35,577 nt of DNA from a virus (IMGVR_UViG_3300035135_002526:1-35577), one strand, 5' to 3'. Positions 8,593 to 17,724 are shown, counted from the first letter of the stretch. The notes: generated from the sequence alone by a model not told the origin. Translations and numbers: made by a program.

Positions 8593-9915
8593 TTATATCT
8601 TTTCGTGTACGTCAAATCCGCGGAAGGTTTTGAATCGAGGAAACCTAAGCGAATAAGTGCCGTCTTGATTTTGTGTAATAGCATCTGCTCTTACCTCTAC
8701 TAAATTTCCAATAATGCTGTCACGACCACTCCAGTAATCATCACGATTAGCATCAGTGAAACCACTACCGACATTAACAGTAATAGATCTGCCGTCGTCG
8801 ACTCCCTTGCAAACAAACGCTCCAAGGCGCCCTTCGTTGCGACCAGTACCTTCTTCAATTTCGACCACCTCCAATGTAACTTCAATAAAAGGTTTTGCTT
8901 TTAGCCAACTGTGTGTTCGCTTACATTCATAAGGTGCATCTACATCCTTGATCATAACACCTTCATATCCACCGTCTACAGCCGCTTTATTAAGCTCTAC
9001 AAAGCGTTCTTGTCCGGACTGAGTGTCTAAGTCTACCATTTCCCAATCAAGTGCTTGTACGTGCTTTAAAACGCTTGTATGTTGCTCTACCCAAGCCTTA
9101 ACCGCTTGACTTCTAAAGGATTGTGTTTTATCCCAAATACCTTTTTGGAAGTCAGTAAGTGGACACATATCAAACAAATGCAGTACTGCATCATCTGATT
9201 GCTTACCATCTTTACGATGCACTTGCTTCATTAGGTCTTGGAAGTTGGCACTCATAACTTCACCATCTAGTACAAGATCATAAGGAGCAGGATTTTCTTT
9301 TAGAACTTCTTCAATCTCTGCAATTATATGTCCAAAGTTATGAAACTGTTTTCCGTTACGGCTAAACATTTCTACTTTGTTGCCACGAATAATTGTAATA
9401 ACTCTTACACCGTCTAACTTAATTTCAATTTGTTTCTTGCCTACCATTTTCTTTTCATGGTTTGCACTGTCATGTGCTAGTGGACAAGTAAACACAGGAA
9501 TAGCATATTTGTTATCAAACTTTTTTGCTACTTTGTTTACTGTTTTTTCACTGACACCACAACGTAGATCTTTAATAAGAATACGTCTATAAAATCCATT
9601 CCATTGTTCTACAGTACATGCACTTTTAACAAGATTAATTGCATCTCGTGCCGCATGACCTGTAAGCTCTCTTGAGATAAGTTTATCTGCAAGTTCTTTA
9701 AACAATGACCATTCACAGCCTTGTCCAGCCCATTCATTATCTAATTCAGTAACTTGTTTCACACCAAAAGTTACAAGTGGATCAAGAGCCATACGCACAC
9801 CATCAAAAAATTCATCTAGCTCTTGTTCCATAGCTTCATACAGAATTTCTTCTTTGTCTAAGCGACTATTATGTTCTTCTAGTTGCTTAATAATATCTTG
9901 TGGTTGTGTTCTCAT
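8593..9915 (-). CDS. lig: ATP-dependent DNA ligase
   Basis: Motif I KLDGVR, III LDGE, IV EGVMIK, V WLKAK, VI SLRFPRF. Confidence 0.96.
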   Translation of the reverse strand: MRTQPQDIIKQLEEHNSRLDKEEILYEAMEQELDEFFDGVRMALDPLVTFGVKQVTELDNEWAGQGCEWSLFKELADKLISRELTGHAARDAINLVKSACTVEQWNGFYRRILIKDLRCGVSEKTVNKVAKKFDNKYAIPVFTCPLAHDSANHEKKMVGKKQIEIKLDGVRVITIIRGNKVEMFSRNGKQFHNFGHIIAEIEEVLKENPAPYDLVLDGEVMSANFQDLMKQVHRKDGKQSDDAVLHLFDMCPLTDFQKGIWDKTQSFRSQAVKAWVEQHTSVLKHVQALDWEMVDLDTQSGQERFVELNKAAVDGGYEGVMIKDVDAPYECKRTHSWLKAKPFIEVTLEVVEIEEGTGRNEGRLGAFVCKGVDDGRSITVNVGSGFTDANRDDYWSGRDSIIGNLVEVRADAITQNQDGTYSLRFPRFKTFRGFDVHEKI

Positions 9916-10139
9916 AATTGCATTGCCCTTTCTACTTGTTTTAAAACTGCCTTAGAATGTTTGCAGTAACCATGAAAAGAAAATCCTGTGCATTCACACT
10001 GAAATCCTTTATCATGTAATTCTACAGAATATTCATTGCCCTTACTACCAGCCACTGGCCAAATAGTACCTACCATCCAATGTCCTTTAGACGAAAAGAT
10101 GGTAGGTTTTAAATATCGTTCAAACTTTGACTTTTTCAT
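9912..10139 (-). CDS. SWIM zinc-finger protein
   Basis: CECTGF....CKH motif. Confidence 0.8.
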   Translation of the reverse strand: MKKSKFERYLKPTIFSSKGHWMVGTIWPVAGSKGNEYSVELHDKGFQCECTGFSFHGYCKHSKAVLKQVERAMQL

Positions 10140-10423
10140 ATTTGCCTCGGTGTTGTGCCTGTTAAAAAATACATTTTCTTAATAATAGCATCAACATCAT
10201 CAGTTGTCAACCAGCCTTTTACAGTATCGTGTTCTTCTGTAATTCCAGGCAAGTTGACTTGTTCACATGCTTTAGCGTCAATCACGGCAATTTCATACTT
10301 GCCTTGCTTACCACCATAAGAAAATTCATGACTAACAATACTTAGGTTGTATTGCTCACCGAACTCTAATACAATTTGAACTCCATCGAATAACGACTTA
10401 GGAGTAAAATCTGCAAGTTGCAT
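10136..10423 (-). CDS. Conserved phage hypothetical protein
   Basis: SYGG..G.YEIAV...V.GWLT pattern; coupled overlaps with neighbours. Confidence 0.7.
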   Translation of the reverse strand: MQLADFTPKSLFDGVQIVLEFGEQYNLSIVSHEFSYGGKQGKYEIAVIDAKACEQVNLPGITEEHDTVKGWLTTDDVDAIIKKMYFLTGTTPRQI

Positions 10424-10929
10424 TATACAATCTCCTCGATGTTAATTGGCTTGTATCCAATTTGTTCTACACATACACACTTGTAAGGACCTTCAGGGGA
10501 AGGATTTGTATGAATGTGTCCGTGAACGTTAATTACATCATCTGGCCACCTACCTTCAGCAAGAGTTTGAGCATGTAAAGGAGTGTGAGTGCAAATGACA
10601 CCTGGTGCTTCGATCCAAAGTTGAATGTCTTTAAAGAAAGGAGCAAGGAACTTTACATTATCGTGGTTACCTAGTACAAGTCTTTTCTTTCCAGGTAACT
10701 TAGCAAAGTTTGCTTCTAACCATTCAACTTTGTCTAAACCAAACAAGACATCGCCACAGTGAATAACGGTATCGCCATCCTTAACGGTATCAACCCAGTT
10801 GTCAAGGATACATTCATTCATTTCATCAACCGTAGCAAAGTCTCTCACAGGTTTACCAATGTAATCCTTAAACGTAAGAATGCCTGCATGGTTGAAGTGC
10901 GTATCACTTATTAACCAAATATTTGCCAT
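10423..10929 (-). CDS. Calcineurin-like metallophosphoesterase
   Basis: SDTHF, GD, GNHD and HGHIH motifs. Confidence 0.9.
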   Translation of the reverse strand: MANIWLISDTHFNHAGILTFKDYIGKPVRDFATVDEMNECILDNWVDTVKDGDTVIHCGDVLFGLDKVEWLEANFAKLPGKKRLVLGNHDNVKFLAPFFKDIQLWIEAPGVICTHTPLHAQTLAEGRWPDDVINVHGHIHTNPSPEGPYKCVCVEQIGYKPINIEEIV

Positions 10930-10965
10930 TTTCTGCCTCTGTGTGTTTGCCTAATTAATGTATAT

Positions 10966-10994
10966 ATTATAGCAAAATATATACACCTTGTCAA
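10966..10994 (-). promoter_or_regulatory. Consensus sigma70 promoter
   Basis: Exact TTGACA-N17-TATAAT. Confidence 0.85.
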
Positions 10995-11027
10995 CCAAAA
11001 TGATTCCTAGTAAAATCAACGACTTAT

Positions 11028-11103
11028 TGGAGTGGGTGACTGGATTCGAACCAGCATAACACGGATTTGCAATCCGTTCCGTAACCATTCCGGACACACC
11101 CAC
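11028..11103 (-). tRNA. trnC: tRNA-Cys (GCA)
   Basis: Acceptor stem GTGGGTG/CACCCAC, anticodon arm ACGGA-TTGCAAA-TCCGT, GGTTCGAATCC T-arm, U73 and encoded CCA. Confidence 0.93.
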
Positions 11104-11110
11104 ATAAATT

Positions 11111-11186
11111 TGGCACCGGTGGAAGGAATCGAACCTCCGCTGTCATGGTTTTGGAGACCACCGCTCTACCCCTGAGCTACACCGGC
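11111..11186 (-). tRNA. trnW: tRNA-Trp (CCA)
   Basis: Acceptor stem GCCGGTG/CACCGGT, anticodon arm GTGGT-CTCCAAA-ACCAT, GGTTCGATTCC T-arm, G73 and encoded CCA. Confidence 0.94.
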
Positions 11187-11197
11187 ATATTAGTCAT

Positions 11198-11230
11198 AAA
11201 AAAAGCCCCATACATTTCTGCAGGGGCTTT
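11198..11230 (-). terminator. Intrinsic terminator (attenuator terminator) immediately upstream of tRNA-Trp
   Basis: AAAGCCCC-UGCA-GAAA-UGUA-U-GGGGC followed by U7. Confidence 0.85.
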
Positions 11231-11256
11231 ACTATAACTTGTTTTAAAAAGTCAAG

Positions 11257-11316
11257 TCAAGACATCGCCCCTTGTTTTGGGCACCAACAAAATGTAGTTG
11301 TTACTGGCTTGATCAT
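11257..11316 (-). CDS. Putative attenuator leader peptide MIKPVTTTFCWCPKQGAMS (19 aa)
   Basis: AAGGA RBS, ATG at 11316, TGA at 11257. Codons TGT-TGG-TGC match the downstream tRNA-Cys and tRNA-Trp. Confidence 0.8.
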   Translation of the reverse strand: MIKPVTTTFCWCPKQGAMS

Positions 11317-11334
11317 GTTTATATTCCTTTTTAA

Positions 11335-11372
11335 TATTTATATACTATATTATCTTTTTTTATGTTTGTCAA
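11335..11372 (-). promoter_or_regulatory. Sigma70 promoter plus adjacent late box driving the leader-tRNA unit
   Basis: TTGACA (11372-11367)-N17-TATAGT (11349-11344), and TATAAATA at 11342-11335. Confidence 0.8.
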
Positions 11373-11379
11373 CCTATTT

Positions 11380-11655
11380 TCATACACACTCTGCATACAT
11401 ACCGTCTTCTCCTGAGTATAGTCGAGTGATGGGCTTGCCATCAATTTCCATTCCTAATCCTACAAATGGTCCACCACTTGGATCAAACATTGCTAAGTCT
11501 GAAGAGTCTAAGCCTTCAACACCTTCTCGTCCACCAAACCTACAATAGTTCATACTGTCACCTGACATTTCAAAACGGTATGTGTTTTCGTTTTCTGCAA
11601 TCCATTTATACTTGTCCTTATAGCGATTAGTATATTCTATATCTGATTTAAACAT
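11380..11655 (-). CDS. Conserved phage hypothetical protein
   Basis: NRY...FDPSGGPFV pattern; AGGA RBS. Confidence 0.7.
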   Translation of the reverse strand: MFKSDIEYTNRYKDKYKWIAENENTYRFEMSGDSMNYCRFGGREGVEGLDSSDLAMFDPSGGPFVGLGMEIDGKPITRLYSGEDGMYAECV

Positions 11656-11708
11656 CTGTTCTTCCTAAGTCTAATTATATTATTGATTTTTAATATTTTC
11701 GTCAACTA

Positions 11709-12101
11709 TTAAATTCTTAATTTAGATTTTCTTTCTACTGATTCTACATATTTCACTGCACGTTTTAAGATTGCAATATCATCGTAAAATCCACCTAATG
11801 TTCTATTACATTTATGACACAACCATCCTTTAAATTCATCTGTATCATGGTCATGGTCTACACACCACACACTCCGATTCTTACCACCTATTCCCTGAAG
11901 TTGTTCTTCGTTTTTTAAACATATAGGACAACAAAAGTCTTTGTCTGGAGGCGGAATTTCTTTACGAAGTTTAGCCCTTACTTTATGAAGATGGCGCTCA
12001 CAAGTTTTGCATTCGTGCCTTTGTTTACGTATGCCAAAGTTTAATCCCCAACTAAAATTTTCTTCTGATAATATTTGTTTACACTTAGAACATTGTTTCA
12101 T
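11709..12101 (-). CDS. His-Me endonuclease, endonuclease VII-like (possible homing endonuclease)
   Basis: N-terminal CxxC pairs, CPIC, VDHDH.T....GWLCHKCNRTLG. Confidence 0.85.
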   Translation of the reverse strand: MKQCSKCKQILSEENFSWGLNFGIRKQRHECKTCERHLHKVRAKLRKEIPPPDKDFCCPICLKNEEQLQGIGGKNRSVWCVDHDHDTDEFKGWLCHKCNRTLGGFYDDIAILKRAVKYVESVERKSKLRI

Positions 12102-12122
12102 TTACATAACGTTCCCTATAAC

Positions 12123-12198
12123 TGGTGCCGGCACACGGACTCGAACCGCGGACCTACTGATTACAAATCAGTTGCTCTACCAACTGAGCTATGCCGGC
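12123..12198 (-). tRNA. trnT: tRNA-Thr (TGT)
   Basis: Cloverleaf with anticodon arm ACTGA-TTTGTAA-TCAGT and encoded CCA. Confidence 0.95.
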
Positions 12199-12204
12199 TA
12201 CCAA

Positions 12205-12405
12205 CTACTTAGTCAGTTTAAAGTAGATTACTTCATCATCCTGACTATCAAGGACAGGTAAAGATGGGGTATTTGGATCGACATATGTCTTTCCAACATA
12301 TTCCCATTCATAGCCGGCCTTAATTTGCTTATCTGCGGTTACAAGAAAGTCTTTGTTATCATAGATAAAGAGACCAGCCATAACGCCAATTATGAAAGTT
12401 AACAT
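12205..12405 (-). CDS. Small protein with N-terminal TM segment
   Basis: AAGGA RBS; hydrophobic N-terminus. Confidence 0.65.
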   Translation of the reverse strand: MLTFIIGVMAGLFIYDNKDFLVTADKQIKAGYEWEYVGKTYVDPNTPSLPVLDSQDDEVIYFKLTK

Positions 12406-12426
12406 AATATTTTTTCCTTTTTACTT

Positions 12427-12500
12427 TGGAGCGGGTAACGAGAATCGAACTCGTATCCTCAGCTTGGAAGGCTGCGATAATACCATTATACTATACCCGC
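12427..12500 (-). tRNA. trnG: tRNA-Gly (TCC)
   Basis: Acceptor stem GCGGGTA/TACCCGC, anticodon loop CTTCCAA, U73 and encoded CCA. Confidence 0.92.
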
Positions 12501-12513
12501 ATGGTAAGTAATA

Positions 12514-12870
12514 TTATTGTGGACCTTTCCTGATGTCAACATCGTACCACTCTTGTTTATAGTCGTCTACAATGTCAACACTATTTACCCTCGCATATCT
12601 AAAACTACGCCAGCCTTTTGCGTTTACGTCCCATACGGAAACAACAGCCTCTGACACGTCTCGAACTTTCTTTTGACTCATTGTATCTGTCTTTGTTGCT
12701 TTTGGTTTCATATCCTCTCGGAGAGTGCATGTCATTACTCGCTTATCTCCGTTTAGTTTTGTAAAATCAACAACCAAAACATTTTGCTCTAACAATATTT
12801 TTAGTTCGTCTCGTGTTGGTATACCTTTCATTTCTGCAACTAGTTCTTCTGCTTCTGTTAAATCTACCAT
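12514..12870 (-). CDS. WYL-like/DUF2693 SH3-fold protein (start MVDL at 12870)
   Basis: FTKLNGDKRVMTCTL...VWDVNAKGWRSFR motif. Confidence 0.75.
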   Translation of the reverse strand: MVDLTEAEELVAEMKGIPTRDELKILLEQNVLVVDFTKLNGDKRVMTCTLREDMKPKATKTDTMSQKKVRDVSEAVVSVWDVNAKGWRSFRYARVNSVDIVDDYKQEWYDVDIRKGPQ

Positions 12871-13121
12871 TATAGTTCCTCCAATACACCTAACACTTCT
12901 GCTAAAATTAAAAGACCGCCGCCTATCATAATATACAACCCCCAATCTTGCGGACCTAGATAGTAACCTCCGATCATAATTGAGGCACCTGCTACCATTC
13001 TAACTGCACTTTTGATTAACGAAATATAAAAATGCCGTTTGCTAGGGTCTTTAGGTTGTACGTTAATAGAAAGACTATTTTCATAATTCATTTTATCTTG
13101 CCGTTGTCTTGCTGTCGCCAT
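12870..13121 (-). CDS. Small membrane protein
   Basis: HFYISLIKS.VR...AEVLGVLEEL; two TM segments. Confidence 0.7.
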   Translation of the reverse strand: MATARQRQDKMNYENSLSINVQPKDPSKRHFYISLIKSAVRMVAGASIMIGGYYLGPQDWGLYIMIGGGLLILAEVLGVLEEL

Positions 13122-13738
13122 TATCTTTTCTCCACAACTTTATCAGCGAAACCGTTCTCTACTGCTTCTTGGGCAGTAAGGAATGTATCAAACTTCATTG
13201 TTTCAAACAATTCTTCGTAAGTTTTGCCTGCTGAATTATGTCTTACATATAGTTCAGTAAGACGTTTATTTACTTTTTGTGATTCCTCGTAGTGCCGTTT
13301 TGCATCTTCAAATTGTAATTCTTGCACATGCACCGAGCCACTAGTGCCTGGTGTACCTGAACTTACTCTATGAATCATTGTTCTTGACTCTGGTAACACA
13401 ATACGTTTTCCAGGTGTGCCTGCTTGTGCAAGGAAGCTACCCATTGAACATGCTTGTCCTATTACAATAGTCTTTATATCACACTTAATATATTGCATTG
13501 TATCATAAATTGCTAATCCTGCTGTCACTGCTCCTCCTGGAGAGTTGATATAAAGATTAATATCCTTATCAGGATTTTCACTTTCTAAATACAACATTTG
13601 TGCAACAATAACATTAGACATCATATCTTCGACTGGACCGTTTAGCATAACAATACGATCTTTCATTAATCTTGAATAGATATCCCAAGAGCGTTCTCCT
13701 CTTGACTCTTGTTCAACAACCATAGGTATTAAAGGCAT
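13121..13738 (-). CDS. clpP: ATP-dependent Clp protease proteolytic subunit
   Basis: [18 protein letters not shown] (catalytic Ser), MIH. Confidence 0.96.
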   Translation of the reverse strand: MPLIPMVVEQESRGERSWDIYSRLMKDRIVMLNGPVEDMMSNVIVAQMLYLESENPDKDINLYINSPGGAVTAGLAIYDTMQYIKCDIKTIVIGQACSMGSFLAQAGTPGKRIVLPESRTMIHRVSSGTPGTSGSVHVQELQFEDAKRHYEESQKVNKRLTELYVRHNSAGKTYEELFETMKFDTFLTAQEAVENGFADKVVEKR

Positions 13739-13932
13739 TACTTTACCTCCGCTAAAGGTTCAACACTGCTAGAATCATGCCAATCCTTACCGTCTGACTG
13801 GAATTTTCTAACAGTTATTTCTTTACGCAACATACCGTCTTTTACACGATATGTAATAAATTCTTGTTTAATGACTCCTTGAGTATCTGCTTCAAATGCT
13901 GACACAAGTGGTCCATCTAGTTTACTATTCAT
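13738..13932 (-). CDS. Hypothetical protein
   Basis: Coupled stop/start overlaps. Confidence 0.65.
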   Translation of the reverse strand: MNSKLDGPLVSAFEADTQGVIKQEFITYRVKDGMLRKEITVRKFQSDGKDWHDSSSVEPLAEVK

Positions 13933-14162
13933 CTCTGTCTCCCTTGACGTATATCATAATACTTAGGTCCTGGAGATGTAAACTCCATACCATGCATACT
14001 TCCTTGGTATTGATTATGACGTTTGTTATATTTCATAACTATTTTATTAGTAGCAAGAACAATAGTTAAGCCGTCCTCGGCTCTAAAGTTCATTACTTCT
14101 GCTGGAACTGTCTTGCCATTATCTGTACAAGTCACTTCACATGTATTTTCATATTTTATCAT
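13929..14162 (-). CDS. Hypothetical protein
   Basis: ATGA overlaps on both sides. Confidence 0.65.
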   Translation of the reverse strand: MIKYENTCEVTCTDNGKTVPAEVMNFRAEDGLTIVLATNKIVMKYNKRHNQYQGSMHGMEFTSPGPKYYDIRQGRQR

Positions 14163-14389
14163 TTCTTTCCTAACAGTTTAAGATTCAAAACAAAATTTTC
14201 TACCATAAGTTTAACACAAATTGCTTTCAATGTCAAGCAATCATCATCCATATCTGCAACGTGCATAGCCATTAGTCGAAAGGCCTCTTTTTCACTTACT
14301 GCTAATTCCCCCCAATCAATAGGGTCTACCTTATCACATTCGTCAGCAAGTTCTGCAATTAAACGCCAATCATTTCCAGAGGTTTTCAT
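14159..14389 (-). CDS. Hypothetical protein
   Basis: ATGA overlaps on both sides. Confidence 0.65.
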   Translation of the reverse strand: MKTSGNDWRLIAELADECDKVDPIDWGELAVSEKEAFRLMAMHVADMDDDCLTLKAICVKLMVENFVLNLKLLGKK

Positions 14390-15339
14390 ACAAATAAACT
14401 ACTTACACTTTCTTCATTCGATACTCTTCGAATAGCTTCACCTAAAAGTGGTGCTACAGATACTTGTCTAGTTTTTTTACAATTTTTAGGACAACGATCT
14501 ATGATACTATCTGTAACAACTAATTCGTCTAACACTGACTTTTCTACTCGTTGACATGCTTCTCCGCTTAATACCCCATGTGTAATGTAAGCTCTTACAC
14601 TTAGAGCACCTGAATCCATAATTGCTTTTGCTGCATTACAAAGTGTTCCGCCACTATCAACAATGTCATCTACAAGGATTGCATGTTTATTAGTAACGTC
14701 ACCGATAAGATTCATTACTTCTGACTTTCCTGCTTCTGGTCTACGTTTATCAACAATAGCAATATCACCATTGAACATATCGGCAAATTTTCTTGCTCGA
14801 ACAACACCACCTGCATCAGGAGATACAAATACTGTTCCTGCTTGTTCTACATCTGGATCGTCAATAATTCCAATAGTGCGTTTAATGTCTTTTGCAAAAA
14901 CAATTCTACTTGTCAAATCGTCCACAGGAATATCAAAAAAGCCCTGTATCTGTCCTGCGTGTAAATCCATTGTAAGTATTCTATCAGCGCCTGCTGTTAC
15001 TAATAGATTCGCTACAAGTTTCGCCGTAATTGGAGTACGACTTGCACTCTTACGATCTTGTCTAGCATATCCAAAGTAAGGAATAACTGCGGTTATACGT
15101 CTTGTACTGCTTCGTCTAGCCGCATCAATCATAACAAGCAATTCCATTAGACTGTCATTTACTGGAGTACTTGTGCTTTGTACAATAAAAACATCTTCAC
15201 CACGTATATTTTCTAAGAATTCTACACTGGTTTCGCCATCTGCAAATGTAGTAACTTTCGCAGGGACTAAACTTGCAAAACAATGTTCTGCAATTTGTTG
15301 TGCTAATTTAGGATTAGCATTGCCGGTTATGATTTTCAT
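14386..15339 (-). CDS. prs: Ribose-phosphate pyrophosphokinase (start MKIITGN at 15339)
   Basis: [36 protein letters not shown] and [10 protein letters not shown] motifs. Confidence 0.97.
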   Translation of the reverse strand: MKIITGNANPKLAQQIAEHCFASLVPAKVTTFADGETSVEFLENIRGEDVFIVQSTSTPVNDSLMELLVMIDAARRSSTRRITAVIPYFGYARQDRKSASRTPITAKLVANLLVTAGADRILTMDLHAGQIQGFFDIPVDDLTSRIVFAKDIKRTIGIIDDPDVEQAGTVFVSPDAGGVVRARKFADMFNGDIAIVDKRRPEAGKSEVMNLIGDVTNKHAILVDDIVDSGGTLCNAAKAIMDSGALSVRAYITHGVLSGEACQRVEKSVLDELVVTDSIIDRCPKNCKKTRQVSVAPLLGEAIRRVSNEESVSSLFV

Positions 15340-15358
15340 TTTCAAATTGATCCTTTCC

Positions 15359-15592
15359 CTAAATGTTAATAAACTTATCTTCCCATTGTGCTGCAAAACT
15401 TAATGCATCTTGTTTATATTCAAAATAAAACGTATCCTCATACACATTAGTATACTCAGATACGTCCCACTGTTGTTTAAATAATTGAGTTTTGCAAAAC
15501 TCTTTTCCTTGACTGCGTAAATCACTGTGCAGTCTCACAGTATAACCGGGCTTCCATTTATTTTTATATTCAAAAATTTCTAAAGGTGTCAA
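15359..15592 (-). CDS. Hypothetical protein
   Basis: ORF in operon; TTG start overlaps the upstream stop. Confidence 0.6.
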   Translation of the reverse strand: MTPLEIFEYKNKWKPGYTVRLHSDLRSQGKEFCKTQLFKQQWDVSEYTNVYEDTFYFEYKQDALSFAAQWEDKFINI

Positions 15593-15798
15593 TGCAGGGT
15601 TACCTCTTCAGTTGGATCAATGCCAAATACAGTAACACAAATATCTACAATAGCATCAGGAACATCTTCGTCATCTTTTCCTTCTGGTATAAACATACCC
15701 TTTAGTTCGCCATCTTTACTTATTATTAATCCCCAATCATCTTCTGCAAGAGCATCTGCAAAATTAATTAACGTTGGCGGGTTTTTCATCTGTGTCAT
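15589..15798 (-). CDS. Hypothetical acidic protein
   Basis: ORF in operon. Confidence 0.6.
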   Translation of the reverse strand: MTQMKNPPTLINFADALAEDDWGLIISKDGELKGMFIPEGKDDEDVPDAIVDICVTVFGIDPTEEVTLH

Positions 15799-16384
15799 AT
15801 TTTAAAACCTTTTTTCTAATTACCTTATCAATACCTGGATTAACTGTTTTCACGTGTGGCATTAAGTTATGTCTAATGTAATTTCTAATATAACATGTAT
15901 CTAGGTTACTGTCATCTTCTATGTGCGGGACATTATTTACATAAGCCCATAACCTTAAATCTTTCTTTTTATTTAGACGAAACGGACGAATTACATTGCC
16001 GTTTCGATACGGAATAATATTTGGATTTCCATGCATACTACTCCAAATCCATGTTTCGATACAATCATCTAAATGATGAGCTGTAATAATTTCTGCGTTT
16101 AAAGATTTAAAAAAATCATATCTTTGATTACGCCAGTATTCTTCTTTGCTTTCTTTTGAATCTTTTTCCCTATTTGTTTTACCGTACAAAAGTCCTAGCT
16201 CATTCTGACTTGCATACTGTTCTACAAATTCAAATGCTTTGTCCCCATGCTCTGTGCCATGATTAAAATAACACAAAGTAACTTCGTGATTATTTTTTAG
16301 GAAGTCGACTACTGCCATAGAATCAACTCCGCCCGAACATGCTACGTATATTGAACGATCAAGTTTACCTTGTATTTTGATCAT
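15764..16384 (-). CDS. tilS: tRNA(Ile)-lysidine synthase (catalytic domain only)
   Basis: SGGVDS PP-loop, RY.FF, TAHHLDD.IET, IRP, EDDSN, RN.IRH. Confidence 0.9.
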   Translation of the reverse strand: MIKIQGKLDRSIYVACSGGVDSMAVVDFLKNNHEVTLCYFNHGTEHGDKAFEFVEQYASQNELGLLYGKTNREKDSKESKEEYWRNQRYDFFKSLNAEIITAHHLDDCIETWIWSSMHGNPNIIPYRNGNVIRPFRLNKKKDLRLWAYVNNVPHIEDDSNLDTCYIRNYIRHNLMPHVKTVNPGIDKVIRKKVLKYDTDEKPANVN

Positions 16385-16583
16385 CTACCCACTCTTCAGG
16401 TTTAAGTACTTCAAGATTTCTGCCCGATCCTCGTGTTTTTAAATAACCATCTCTAATTAGACTGTCGATTATATTTTCAGCAAGTTCGACAGTTTGTGAT
16501 TTCTTTGCCATATACCAACCTACTGCTGAACCAACTGCGTAGGTAAATGCTAACCATAAAGTAGCTTCATTAAAAAATTCCAT
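16365..16583 (-). CDS. Small membrane protein
   Basis: N-terminal TM segment. Confidence 0.6.
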   Translation of the reverse strand: MEFFNEATLWLAFTYAVGSAVGWYMAKKSQTVELAENIIDSLIRDGYLKTRGSGRNLEVLKPEEWVDDQNTR

Positions 16584-16585
16584 TG

Positions 16586-17338
16586 TTACACCTTATATAA
16601 TTTAACATAGTTAAGTCTAGTTTCATTTGCCTCAAACAAACGATTCTTTGTTTGTGCCTTAACTTTCGCTTTGATACGTTTCATATCTCCTATGTTGTAT
16701 TCGTACTTATTCATAAATGAAACAAGATTTCCATCTAAAACTGCGGTATAGTTAAAACTTTCCCACTGACGACTATAACGTTTATCAAGTATCTTAATAA
16801 CACCTTCTACGTCATCTTTTTGTTTGCCAACATATTGGCTATCTCTGTACTCTACACGAATTTCTTTTGTAAGTCCATTCTCGTGCATATCACGTTTAAC
16901 AAACTCAGGAGCATAAGCAATACGACCCATGCCTTTGATAGGGACTTCTTCTTGCGACAGTTCGTTAACCATGTCTCTTTTGAATTCATCTAAGTCTGCA
17001 AGACCTAACATGACATAACGCTTCATCCATTTACGTGCTTCATCTACTTTTTCATAATCTTCTTGAGTAGGTTCAAACATTTTAAAATCTGTAGGAAGAA
17101 ATTGAGCTTCTGAGTCATTATTCTTCTTTACAAAATAGTAACGTACAAGATCCTTATTAGGAAACTGCGGATCGGTTTCTTCAAATCTACGCAAGTCCTT
17201 AATATATTTTTGCTTGTTAATTCTGTAAGCCGCAAATGCAACTGCAAGTGCTTCGGAAAGTTTTACTTTTTTCAATGGAAGAACCTCCGTACGATTTGCC
17301 CACCCAATTGGATTATAATTAGTTGTTGCCGACATCAT
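16586..17338 (-). CDS. Hypothetical protein, possible C-terminal OB-fold
   Basis: 250-aa ORF ending ...KAKVKAQ...ETRLNYVK. Confidence 0.65.
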   Translation of the reverse strand: MMSATTNYNPIGWANRTEVLPLKKVKLSEALAVAFAAYRINKQKYIKDLRRFEETDPQFPNKDLVRYYFVKKNNDSEAQFLPTDFKMFEPTQEDYEKVDEARKWMKRYVMLGLADLDEFKRDMVNELSQEEVPIKGMGRIAYAPEFVKRDMHENGLTKEIRVEYRDSQYVGKQKDDVEGVIKILDKRYSRQWESFNYTAVLDGNLVSFMNKYEYNIGDMKRIKAKVKAQTKNRLFEANETRLNYVKLYKV

Positions 17339-17723
17339 TACCCCCTAAGTTTTGTATTAATTTATCTATAGTATATACGGTTTCGCCGTCTGTGTCAACC
17401 GGAAAAACATGGTAATGATAACCAGCAATAGTTTCATTAATTTGATTTAGGATTACTTCTTCTTTTTCATAGACCCATTCTGTAAATCCACGTCCTTCAA
17501 ATTGAATTGCATAACCAAACTGATTTTTCAATGTCTTCTCAAGTTCCTTTACAGGATTGTCTTCACCGTACCATACACGGTTAAATGTGGCAAGATGACT
17601 TTTACCTGGAAAACTATTTTGATATGTGCCAAGTCTAACCTTGGCACTACGGAATGATGTGATTCCAATCTTATTAGCATCACTACCAAACGGATCACGC
17701 ATTAGATACAATAGCTTAGACAT
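17319..17723 (-). CDS. GIY-YIG-like (T5orf172-type) nuclease domain protein
   Basis: LYLM...KIGIT...RL..YQ...LEK.LK...TEW pattern. Confidence 0.6.
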   Translation of the reverse strand: MSKLLYLMRDPFGSDANKIGITSFRSAKVRLGTYQNSFPGKSHLATFNRVWYGEDNPVKELEKTLKNQFGYAIQFEGRGFTEWVYEKEEVILNQINETIAGYHYHVFPVDTDGETVYTIDKLIQNLGGNDVGNN

Positions 17724-17724
17724 A

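Noticed and set aside
11309-11548. Plus-strand 79-aa ORF over the attenuator promoter
   Set aside because: It is an antisense shadow with no RBS, overlapping a better supported minus-strand gene and promoter.
12123-12513. Attenuators upstream of tRNA-Thr and tRNA-Gly
   Set aside because: Both tRNAs directly follow CDS stops, with no leader ORF or terminator.
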